A stretch of DNA of 63,719 bases, counting the filler, from Octopus bimaculoides (lineage: Eukaryota), in the NCBI RefSeq assembly GCF_001194135.2. It is 8 parts of 6 records of this genome, joined end to end, with 100 filler letters (N's around TTAATTAATTAA, not from the genome) between each part and the next. Parts side by side here need not be neighbours in the genome. Positions count along the whole stretch, not along the records: positions 52,301 to 54,973 come from NC_068988.1; positions 55,074 to 58,085 come from NC_068993.1; positions 58,186 to 60,704 come from NC_068982.1; positions 60,805 to 63,719 come from NC_068987.1; 4 more parts are not named here. One strand, written 5' to 3'. The position numbers were made by a program, and so were the translations under genes. Positions 52,666 to 63,719 of the stretch are shown here, one piece after another (the first letter of the stretch is position 1; every line of letters begins with the position of its first letter). The notes beneath the pieces are model-generated. The model was not told where the DNA came from. It ran no database searches and worked only from the letters and a program-made list of their open reading frames with translations.

Positions 52666-52846
52666 TTATAATTCGTATTGCAGTTTCGGGATTTGACAAA
52701 CATAAAATTGCGTCAAATTGTTTCCCACTTCGAGTTGGATCGATTGATTTTGAAGAAAGTCTAATATGTATCATGATTGCTTCATCCAGTAATCACTTAA
52801 CAGCAGGCATTAAACGTCCACTTAAAGGATTGTTTCCAATCCATGT
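52666..52846 (-). pseudogene. Decayed GRL-type terminal (TM7) exon relic
   Basis: After a tttacag acceptor, frame +1 reads HGLETIL*VDV*CLLLSD...S*YILDFLQNQSIQLEVGN, resembling the GRL AH...L..V..L...FL..L....I.L.vG segment; three stops and out of phase with exon 1. Confidence 0.35.
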
Positions 52847-53159
52847 CTGTAAATATATATATTAGCAGTTATATCCTCTTCGTTGTATTACGGCACTCCA
52901 ATAATTTGAGGCCTTGTGCTTCCAATAGAAAGGATTATTTTTAAATGTGGTGTTGAGGATCCTTCTAGGCCTGCTATTTATCTTTCTGACTCTATGTGCG
53001 TGCTTGCTCTAATTATGAGTATTATTATCACAATTATTTCTACCGACTTTAGTGTTGTCTCTTGCGGTCTGGAATTTAGATTTTCGCCTAGCAATATCTA
53101 ATCAACCTTATCAACAATGCCAATTCATTTATACGCCGCATCATGTGGTGTGCATACAA

Positions 53160-53520
53160 TTTTGACTGAGACTAAGAGAAGAAATACCACACCACAAGAA
53201 TTACAGCATTTATTTAAATCTCAGAAATTTCCCCCACCTAATCTACAACTGGCTGTATTTTGAGATGAAACTCCCTCTAATAAAGAACTAACAACTAAGA
53301 AAAATGCATGTACAAGTCAAGAAACTCAAGAAGGAAATATACTAATTGGTCTATAATCTACATCAACCTCTGCTTAAAAAGGAAATCTCGAAAAGCTCCA
53401 AAATGGCACGTACAAATAACCTGATTTAAACTTGCAGGTTAAGAAAATAGTGGTGAAGTTACATTTGGGATTTAGATTTAGAAGTACTGGACATTACCTA
53501 ACATGAACCTTCAAATAAAT
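53160..53520 (-). mobile_element. CR1/L2-type LINE RT remnant in the GRL intron
   Basis: DYRPISIFPS motif (the YRPISL box) on the minus strand. Confidence 0.55.
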
Positions 53521-53606
53521 CTAAGAGACCATAAGCCTAACTTTACTAGTAATACATATATACATATATCAAATCATGATTCGTATAGATAACTTATAAC
53601 ACTTAC

Positions 53607-54560
53607 TGTTCGGTTTAAACGAAGTCCACACCAAAGCAATGTCACGTAAAAGACCATGTGAATGGTTGCCATCACTAGCGTATAAAGATATTCATATGGG
53701 GCATTTTTTAAAAAATTATTTATCATTCCATAAGTGGCAATGCAGCTGCTTATTATACAACTAAGGACAATAAATCCGGATGTTATCTGCCGTGATTCGT
53801 TGACAAATCTCAGTATTGTGCTTAGGGTATCGTGTCTATTACATATTTCTGCAATCTCTCTATGTGTCTTGAAAATAACAGTCTTATCTGATTGTTGTTC
53901 CTTTACGCAGTTTTGGACCTCATTCGCCACTTTCTTAAACTCATAAATAAGTGTAAGAGTGATTATAAGATCAAAATAGAGATCAAATAACACAGTCATT
54001 AAAGAGAAGCCATTGAATATGACTTGTATTGTTAAAACTGGAATGTAATATATATTATTTGTTGGTACAGGAAATGTTACAAACATCAGAAAATCGTTAC
54101 TGTAGAGCGGCAAAATAAGATCTATACAGATATAGAAAATGACAGTCCCGAATATATATACAAATAAAGTTGTATATGAATATATTAACTTAGTGTTATA
54201 ATATTTTCTACTTTCCTCTTCAATTTCAAGACCGGAGAATTTTTCAAATAGTTGCTTGTCGTTAGAATCCCTGAAGAGTTTCATCAAACAGAAAAGAGAT
54301 AAGAAACTCCTGTAAAAAAGTATGTAAAAATACACAAATATTCCACTTGTGTTAGCATTTTGCAGTTCTATTAAAGTCACAATATGCCGAATCGGGTTTA
54401 CAATCAAATATATAATGTACAATAAGTAAATTGCAGAGAAAAAAATTGCTTTCAACTCGAGTGCTTTCAGGATGGATTTATTCATAATATATTTCCGAAT
54501 ATTACAAATTTTTCGATATAATTCCAACATTTTAAAGAATTGTGTTTGATTTGCTTCCAT
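53607..54560 (-). CDS. Gustatory-receptor-like (GRL/7tm_7-type) chemoreceptor, first coding exon (TM1-TM6)
   Basis: 318 uninterrupted codons with six hydrophobic segments, the GR-type IC2 pattern (EF..VA....H..L..I...VN...S.FI) and ...LWCGLRLNRT followed by a phase-0 GTAAGT donor (53601-53606). No DRY/NPxxY GPCR motifs. Confidence 0.7.
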
Positions 54561-55130
54561 GCTTATTCTAATTCCGTCGTATTAGAAGAGTTTCCCTTTC
54601 AAATAGATGAACACGGTAATAGAGACCACGCGATGTATAAAGTAATTTTTAAAGTTTTCTGTTGTTTCTTTCTTGTATATTTTTGCCTGTGTTGTACAAT
54701 TTAATCTACCGTGAAAATGGAAACAATAACCGATTGCTAAATAAAGTAATTGCGAAAGGCTTATAGAAATTCGACAGCATCACTGTAAGATAGTTACAAT
54801 CATGTATTAATTCTATATAGTTTGAGCATTATGCTCTTTCAATACGATTCACAAAAAAACCGCGACGTTATGCTTGATGTTAATGTGTTATATTTCATAA
54901 GCACAATGAATGATATTCAAGTCCCATGTATTATCTGCGATAAATATACATAATATATATATATATATATATANNNNNNNNNNNNNNNNNNNNNNNNNNN
55001 NNNNNNNNNNNNNNNNNTTAATTAATTAANNNNNNNNNNNNNNNNNNNNNNNNNNNNNNNNNNNNNNNNNNNNAATTTGTACAGGCCATATGCCCGGAGT
55101 TTGGAAATTAAGGAGATAAAGGTGAATTTT

Positions 55131-55177
<47 letters not shown>

Positions 55178-57079
55178 TGTACGTTGTGTATATCTATGAT
55201 ATGAGCTGCTAATACTTTCATATATTGAAGGTATAATATAGGCAGGGTTTAAAACGAATTAGAGTTATCTCGGACGCCACCAACGGTGCAAATAACATGA
55301 AATACGTAAACAACGATAGAAAACAATAGAAAATGGGACAAGTAAACACAGAGAGAGGACCCTTCATCAGTTGTCGGCTGCCTATCTACTCCTCATTTCG
55401 TAGCCCCAAGACGGTAGATTATATGATTTTAATATACTGGGCTTCTAAACTTCTTATCTAGGTCATGTCTCCTTTCCTATTCCTTCTTCCCTTTGTTTAT
55501 ATTGGATGCTCTTGTCTTTTATTCTGATGAAGCTCCGTGCCTTAATTCGAATATCCTATGAAGATGAAGANNNNNNNNNNNNNNNNNNNNNNNNNNNNNN
55601 NNNNNNNNNNNNNNNNNNNNNNNNNNNNNNNNNNNNNNNNNNNNNNNNNNNNNNNNNNNNNNNNNNNNNNNNNNNNNNNNNNNNNNNNNNNNNNNNNNNN
55701 NNNNNNNNNNNNNNNNNNNNNNNNNNNNNNNNNNNNNNNNNNNNNNNNNNNNNNNNNNNNNNNNNNNNNNNNNNNNNNNNNNNNNNNNNNNNNNNNNNNN
55801 NNNNNNNNNNNNNNNNNNNNNNNNNNNNNNNNNNNNNNNNNNNNNNNNNNNNNNNNNNNNNNNNNNNNNNNNNNNNNNNNNNNNNNNNNNNNNNNNNNNN
55901 NNNNNNNNNNNNNNNNNNNNNNNNNNNNNNNNNNNNNNNNNNNNNNNNNNNNNNNNNNNNNNNNNNNNNNNNNNNNNNNNNNNNNNNNNNNNNNNNNNNN
56001 NNNNNNNNNNNNNNNNNNNNNNNNNNNNNNNNNNNNNNNNNNNNNNNNNNNNNNNNNNNNNNNNNNNNNNNNNNNNNNNNNNNNNNNNNNNNNNNNNNNN
56101 NNNNNNNNNNNNNNNNNNNNNNNNNNNNNNNNNNNNNNNNNNNNNNNNNNNNNNNNNNNNNNNNNNNNNNNNNNNNNNNNNNNNNNNNNNNNNNNNNNNN
56201 NNNNNNNNNNNNNNNNNNNNNNNNNNNNNNNNNNNNNNNNNNNNNNNNNNNNNNNNNNNNNNNNNNNNNNNNNNNNNNNNNNNNNNNNNNNNNNNNNNNN
56301 NNNNNNNNNNNNNNNNNNNNNNNNNNNNNNNNNNNNNNNNNNNNNNNNNNNNNNNNNNNNNNNNNGCCCAACACACACGCACACACGCTCATATTTAAAT
56401 GTGTGTATGTATACGTGTGTGAGCGTGTGTGTGCGTGTGTGTGTGTGTGTGTGTGGATATATGTGTGTGTGTGTGTGTATGTGTATACTACTAAAATATC
56501 TCAGGACAGAAGGTAGCAGAAAATAGTTTAGTTTATGGATTTCCAGCCTTTCAAGAGCATGTTATGTGTATCATATTGTGTAGCCACTTGCTACACTTGA
56601 CACAGGAGACCAAGTTTATATACCTATTAATTGTGGTATAGATTATGTAACAAAAATTATAAAAAGCAACTAATATTACATCAAGGAGACTTGTACAAAT
56701 GAGGCAGAACACTTTTGGAAATATTGTAAGGGTAAAAAGAGAGTATTGTATCTATGGATAAGTGTAACTAGCACGCACATACCATACACATACACACACG
56801 CACACACACACGCACGCACACACATATATACATATATACATACACACATACATATATGCATATACACACATCTGAACACATTGTTTTGTGTCTACGTATG
56901 TGTATTAATCCACAGCTGTATACAGAAAGTAGACAAAGACTTAGAGAGTAAGAGAGAAAGAGAGAGTGAGAGAGAGAGAGAGAGTGAGAGAGAGAGAGAG
57001 AGTGAAAGAGAGAGAGAGTGAGAGAGAGAGAGAGAAATAGAGAGACAGAGGGAACTTGATCATTTATATATAAATAGTA

Positions 57080-57430
57080 TAGGCGCAAGCGTAGCTGTGT
57101 GATGAAAAGCTTGCTTCCAACCACAAGATTCCGGTTTCAGTCCCACTTCGTGACACCTTGGGCAACTGTCTTCTACTATAACTTCGCGCCGACTAAAACC
57201 TTGTGAGTGGATTTGGTAGACGGAAACTGAAAGAAACTCGTCGTATATATTTCTGTGTTTGTCCCTATACCATCACTTGGCAACCGATGTTGGTGTGTTT
57301 ACGTTCCCGTAACCAGCGGTTCGGGAAAAGAAACCAATAAAATAAGTACTAGGCTTACAAAGAAAAAGTCGATTTGTCCGACTAAAGGCGCTGTTCCAGC
57401 ATGGCAGCAGTCATATTACTGAAGGAAGGA
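57080..57430 (+). mobile_element. Family B CORE-type SINE
   Basis: ggcgcaagcgtagctgtgtg...gtttcagtcccac...accttgggcaa (MIR/CORE-like motif). Confidence 0.85.
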
Positions 57431-57874
57431 AAGAATTAGAATATGATATAATTGTTTCTTGATTTCGTAACATAAGTTCTTAGTACATGTATGTAACTAT
57501 ATTCATATACATACATACATACATACATACATACATACATACATACATACATACATACATACATACATACATTTAAGCATACTGCACTAACTCACACTTA
57601 CGGACATACTCTATCGCGCGCACAAACACTCCGTCGGAATGACACACACACATACATACACACATACGTGTTCGAAGGTTGATCTATGATTTTGTCTAAT
57701 GAAAATGTCATCGATTTAAAGGGTAAAACGGCATAGACTTAGGTTTGCACTTGGATTTCCACATACATCGATGCATGAGGACGGGCTTAGAAAAATGCGT
57801 GAACTGCAGCAAACATAAATCCAGTAATATAATTGTTTATACATGCACGTCTGGATGTAGAGTACATGACAATG

Positions 57875-57917
<43 letters not shown>

Positions 57918-57918
57918 G

Positions 57919-57958
<40 letters not shown>

Positions 57959-58028
57959 GCTCTCTAGCTATCTATCTGTCTATCTGTCTATCTATCTATC
58001 TATCCATCCATCCATCCATCCATCCATG

Positions 58029-58073
<45 letters not shown>

Positions 58074-58083
58074 CTCTATCTAT
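57875..58083. repeat. (ATCT)n/(ATCC)n compound microsatellite
   Basis: Direct reading. Confidence 0.95.
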
Positions 58084-59035
58084 AANNNNNNNNNNNNNNN
58101 NNNNNNNNNNNNNNNNNNNNNNNNNNNNNTTAATTAATTAANNNNNNNNNNNNNNNNNNNNNNNNNNNNNNNNNNNNNNNNNNNNTATATATACATATAT
58201 ATATATATATGTATGCATATGTATATGTATACACATACACACACGTTTACACGTACTCACGCATACATAAAATAATGTATAGATATGCATACACACGCAC
58301 TAGCATGTACATACATTCACACAAGAACTTATATATACACACTCAGCTTCATTAGTTAGCATCAATGACGAGGTTTAATTATGCATTGTTTCCAAGAATT
58401 GACTGAAGACAACACGCGCCCACCCAATCGCATGCACATGCGGTATATGCACACTCACCGGTATATGCAAGTGGCACCCCACCCCAATACTGCAATATAA
58501 ATTCCTGTGCATTAATGTGCATCATTACAGAAACCTGCATACGTGTACATTCGTTTGGATATTTTCATTTACTATATGACGTATCGCTATTTGTGTACAA
58601 TAGCGTCGTTTATTTCAAATTCTCAGCAACCGACTAATTTTTGGTTCATATATTTTTTATGGTAAACGTGAGAAAGAGCGTTCCGAATTCGATGGATTTC
58701 ACTCGAAGAGTATCGGTTCTCCGCCATCATGTACATCCTTCAAACATTGACAGTGAAGGATACATCTATATATAAGTCTAAATATTATCTATCCATTTAC
58801 CTTTTTTCAATAAAAGCATCTCTTTCCTTCACTAGAGTTTGTTCTTCTGATTGTCTCTCCTTTTCGTATGGAGCTGGTCTAAATTGCCCTCTGTTAATTA
58901 TGAAACATCATCCAGAATTGGTGATAATTAAAAAAATTCAATACTTTATGTTGTATGGCGTGTGTGCGCGCGCGCGTGCATGTGAATACATCTATATGTG
59001 TATTTTATATTGTCAATTATACATTGATGTGCATG

Positions 59036-59074
<39 letters not shown>

Positions 59075-59339
59075 TGTACGTATATGCGTATATAGGTATG
59101 TATATATAAGTTTGTGTGTGTGTGTGCGTGTGTATGTGTGTGTGTATTTACTGATTTGTAGGCATAGCGATACTAAAATGTGTTAGAATCTATCTTAGGT
59201 ATACTTCTCAAAAATGTGCTCGGCGAATACCGAGCATAATATGAAATTGAATAAAGGACAAAGGAACAGGAAATTATGCAACGAACTTCATTTGCTGACA
59301 GCTGTTTCTGTTGTTTTTGCGTGTGTATATATGTATATA

Positions 59340-60452
59340 CTAGCTGGTGTACCCGGTAATTCCCGGGGGTAAAAATGTTCTATTGATATACCTTCTTACT
59401 CTGATATAAGAAAGCAATTTCATTATAACTGCCACAAAAGGTGTATTTTCCGTCACGAAAAATTGCAAAAAACTGTCAGCTGGAGGAGGGAAGATTGTTA
59501 GAGGTTGACGGGAGAGGTTTTCGGAGGTCAGCGAGAAAGATTGTCGGACGTTGGTGAGAGAAGTTGTCGGCGGTTGGTGTGAGGCATTATTCTGCTTAGC
59601 GAAGGCATCTGGGAAATGTATAACTGCTGTCATTCATAGAAGAACTATTGTTTTATCGTGAGAAAAGCGCTGTTGAAGTGTTAAGTGAAATTTGGCAATC
59701 GAGGATCGAATCCACACTTTGCCTGCATGAACTCACTACAAATACGTTGTGGAATAAAAAATTTATCTACTGTCATGGAAAAAATGTAACCGCAAAAATG
59801 CAGAATTATCGGACTAATGGGCATTCAAAAAAGTATGTATGTATAGAAATGTATGAATGAAGTCTTTAAGGTTTAAGATTCAAATTAAGGAAGTGCAATA
59901 ATACTGTTTAGCAGTTCAAAACTGTGAGTAGTGAAATGCAGAATTAGGTCGGCTGATCATGAGAATCAAATATTGATCACTTCGCTAAATTCTGCAGGTG
60001 GTATGGGTTATTTCCCTTGGGTTGTTTAAATAAAATATAAGTAATATGTAGTAGATAGAAGAATCCATTGGAAGGGCCCTATTATCAATTTTTTCAACAA
60101 TCTAAGTATGTCACGAGCTTTCCAGACATGAGTTCTACACACATGTCAAATAAAGTATAAAAGTGATATTGTCTGCAAAAATTAGAAATAGGACACAAAA
60201 ACATCAATATTCAAAGTAATCGAACATAAGAATGAAATGGGTTATTTTCCTTGAGTGTTTAAAAAAATATGAGGTAGATAAAAAGGTTCCTTCCAGGGAC
60301 CATATTATCAATCTTTTTCAGCAATCTAAGAATGTCACGAGGCTTCCAGACATGAGTTCTACTCACGTGTCAAGTTTCATGAAAATCAATAAAACGATGT
60401 AGGAGTTAGCTAACAACGCCACAAACAAACAAACACCGATTTTCCACAGTAG
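59340..60452 (-). mobile_element. Non-autonomous Helitron with internal duplication
   Basis: Minus strand: A|TC 5' end at 60452, cccgg-gaatta-ccggg hairpin about 10 nt before the CTAG|T 3' end at 59340; diverged duplication 59995-60150 vs 60235-60385. Confidence 0.8.
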
Positions 60453-60516
60453 ATATCATGAACTGATCCGTATATTTTGGTTCAACAAAAAGTGTATTCC
60501 ACCTGGTGAGGGTAAA

Positions 60517-60686
60517 ATATTGCTTTATACGATCACCAAGCATACATAAACCACGCTACAAATAGTTTCATGTACATGGAAACTCACTTACGTATTTAGG
60601 CCTGAACAACGTACTTGGCTTCCATATAGGTGAAGCTATTCATAGCGTGGTTAATGCATGTGAGGTGATCGTATAAAACAGTATAT
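60517..60686. repeat. Long imperfect inverted repeat (~65-bp arms), MITE-like
   Basis: tttatacgatcacc...aaccacgcta..aatag.ttca..ta.atggaa on both arms; spacer about 37 nt; abuts (TA)n. Confidence 0.8.
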
Positions 60687-61597
60687 ATATATATATATAT
60701 ATATNNNNNNNNNNNNNNNNNNNNNNNNNNNNNNNNNNNNNNNNNNNNTTAATTAATTAANNNNNNNNNNNNNNNNNNNNNNNNNNNNNNNNNNNNNNNN
60801 NNNNAAGAAGCCCGTATATATATATATATACACACACACACGCACACACACACGTGTATGTACGTGTGTATGAGTGTTTCTCCCCCCCAAACCGGTGTCG
60901 GTGTGTTTACACCCCTAACTTAGCGGTTCGGCAAGAGAGGCTGATAGAATAAGTAAAAGGCTTAAAAAAACTAAATAAAAGTAGCGGCGTCGATTCATTC
61001 TTCGAGCCGGTGTCCCAGCATGGCTTACACTACATACGTAATGTAAGTCGACTCGTGACAGAATAAGACTACAAGTTAGAATTACCATCTCAAGAAGTTC
61101 CTGTGCGTGAATTTGCTTTGAGTGGGTAAAGTGTTACACAGTAATGAACCCTACTTTCAGGGCCAACAGCTAATGACACAACAGGGGCTAAGACGACCAG
61201 AAATCATACGTGCTTCAGGTTTTTTTTAATACTAATTTACCTTCTTCTAGAAGTAAGTTTTATTCCTTCACTTTCAGTTGTTAGTATGCTTCTTATCCCA
61301 AAGTTGCAACCCTTACAAATGCGTGAATTTGCTCAGTACTGAACCCACCTTTCAGGGTCAACAGCTATAACGCTGTTGGCCCTGTACAACAGAAGCTAAG
61401 ACGAACAGAAATCAAATGCACTTATATAGTTGCCAGGATGCTTGTTATCTCAAAACTGCAAGTCTTACTGGTGGTGCTACTGCTTCGAGTCAGAAAATAG
61501 ACCTAGGAGCAAGTAGTGGCTAAGAGGTGGTTCCACACTCTTCAAGACCCTAGAACTCTCGGTCCCAGCAACGAATGCAGTTTAAAGTCATATCCAG

Positions 61598-61675
<78 letters not shown>

Positions 61676-62332
61676 TTCACCCCACCCCCACACTAAATAT
61701 ATGTTATGAAATGCAAGTGAACTTAATATTCACAATATTATTTGACCCTCACTATAGTCACATCATCAGCAAATGCTCCCTTGTTAGTTTTAAACTTACT
61801 CTAAAATACCAATCTTATTTCAACATACACACTCGCGCGCACACACGCACACACGCACACACACACACGCACACACACACACACACACACACTAGCTCTT
61901 CTCAAACAGTGTGCAGCAAAGGGTTTTTTTTACATGCACCGCTTGTTTTATACATATATAATTGGAAGCCTTATAAAATCCATACAACTGTTTGAACATA
62001 ATGGCAAACATTAAACGTTACAAGCAATAGTTTTCTATAGCCATTTTTTTTACACTTTTATCGTTAACAGTTTTTAATATCACAAAGTAATAAAAAAATG
62101 GTTAGAAATCGCTAGGTTAATTGAATTAATGCTCTAAATACAAACTGAATGACCGGCTGCAATTTGTCCAAGTTCACAAAGGTACATTAAGGGAGTCTAG
62201 AAGAAACCTATCAGGTAGATACAACTGCCTGTGTTGGTTTGCAAGGTTTTTGTACCTTTCTCTTGTATCGGCCAATCTCAAACAATTCCTGCGTGTGTTT
62301 ATCACGGCATTCTGCTTGCTTACTAACCTTAT

Positions 62333-62500
62333 TAGGCGCAGGAGTGGCTGTGTGGTAAGTAGCTTGCTTACCAACCACATGGTTCCGGGTTCAGTCCCAC
62401 TGCGTGACACCTTAGGCAAGTGTCTTCTGTTATAGCCTCGGGCCGACCAAAGCCTTGTGAGTGGATTTGGTAGACGGAAACTGAAAGAAGCCCGTCGTAT

Positions 62501-62534
<34 letters not shown>

Positions 62535-62755
62535 GTGTGTGTATGTTTGTGTGTCTGTGTTTGTCCCCCCAACATCGCTTGACAACCGATGTTGGTGTGT
62601 TCACGTCCCCGTAACTTAGCGGTTCGGCAATAAGAGACCGATAGAATAAGTACTAGGCTTACAAAGAATAAATCCTAGGGTCGATTTGCTCGACTACAGG
62701 TGGTGCTCCAGCATGGCCGCAGTCAAATGACTGAAACAAGTAAAAGATAAAAAGA
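62333..62755 (+). mobile_element. Near-consensus full-length family B CORE-type SINE
   Basis: ggcgcaggagtggctgtgtggtaag...gggttcagtcccactgcgtgacaccttaggcaagtgtctt..., internal (TA)n, tail gaaacaagtaaaaga. Confidence 0.9.
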
Positions 62756-63209
62756 TTATTGAACAAGCCGGTCCACATGGAAGTCTTTAGACGTCTGAAG
62801 ACATCGGCCTTCCAGCTCCGGTTAGTGTGTGGTCAGCAACCAGTCTCAAACATTTTCACTTCTGCTTTTTTGGTCTTGCTCTCCAGTAATATCTCCCCAA
62901 ACCATTCCATCGTTAGCATACAACCGATCCCACCTCACAATCCAAACGACCTTCTCCACTACCAGCACCGCCGCCGACGCCACTACAACCATCACCATTT
63001 TCACTATCACCCCAGTTTTTACCCACTCCCCAATTTTCACCACCACCACCACCACCACCACTGTGGTAATAATGATGTCACCTTCGATACATACATTCCG
63101 TAGTAGATGTCGACAGTTACATTACATTTACCTTCAAACCATCAAAACATTTCACAGATAAACATGCATGCACGCAAAGTGCTCCAACACGCACGAACGT
63201 ACACACGCA

Positions 63210-63327
63210 CACAAACACACATACACACATACATACATACATACATACATACATGCATATATACATACATACATACATAACATACATACATACATACATA
63301 CATACATACATACATACATAACATACA

Positions 63328-63361
<34 letters not shown>

Positions 63362-63372
63362 CATACATACAT
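63210..63372. repeat. (ACAT)n microsatellite
   Basis: Direct reading. Confidence 0.95.
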
Positions 63373-63629
63373 ACGCTCAGTCGATGTATCATACACAATA
63401 CACATGTCACCATTCCTTAATACACCGCACACGAAGACACGTACACACAAATACACTCGCCTATATAGCGCATACCCAGACAGGAGCTATTAAGTGGTCC
63501 CTCGACATGCTAGAAATAGCGGCGCAATTTCTCTTAAATCTTATCTTAGGAAACGACTATGGCCATGTCAGGATGATACCGCCTTTATACATAATCGTAT
63601 ATATGATTTTGGTCGAGTCACAGGGTATA

Positions 63630-63719
63630 CGCCGCCGCTGCCGCCGCTGCCGCCGCTGCTGCTGCCGCCGCTGCTGCCGCTGCTGCCGCTGCTGCCGCTG
63701 CTGCCGCTGCTGCCGCTGC
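63630..63719. repeat. GC-rich (GCC/GCT)n trinucleotide array running off the window end
   Basis: gccgccgctgccgccgctgctgct...; settles into a gccgctgct 9-mer. Confidence 0.9.

Overview
AT-rich, microsatellite- and gap-riddled metazoan genomic DNA. The SINE families, (TA)n/(AAT)n/(CA)n load and LINE types are what I recognise from Octopus (probably an O. bimaculoides-type assembly); this is pattern recognition, not a database result. Supportable protein-coding content: (1) a complete single-coding-exon HAD hydrolase, HDHD3/Reg-2-like (minus, 7411-8130); (2) an intact but orphan first coding exon of a CYP2-clan cytochrome P450 (minus, 24548-24887); (3) exons of probably two tandem plus-strand Ig-superfamily, likely GPI-anchored, surface-protein genes (40533-40854 + 44265-44347; 47788-48108); (4) a 318-codon first exon of a gustatory-receptor-like (GRL/7tm_7-type) protein (minus, 53607-54560) whose TM7 exon is found only as a decayed relic. 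The rest is mostly transposon debris: three tRNA-derived SINE families, RTE, R4, Tx1 and CR1/L2 LINE remnants, two Helitrons, hAT-, piggyBac- and mariner-like DNA elements. The most interesting non-obvious signals are the GRL, a pre-miRNA-like 91-nt hairpin at 11905-11995 at the edge of a sharply CpG-depleted 6-kb block containing non-coding exon candidates (a possible hidden transcription unit), and a locally templated inverted insertion inside a SINE. No rRNA, tRNA gene or CRISPR array was seen. Most listed short ORFs are microsatellite or gap artefacts.
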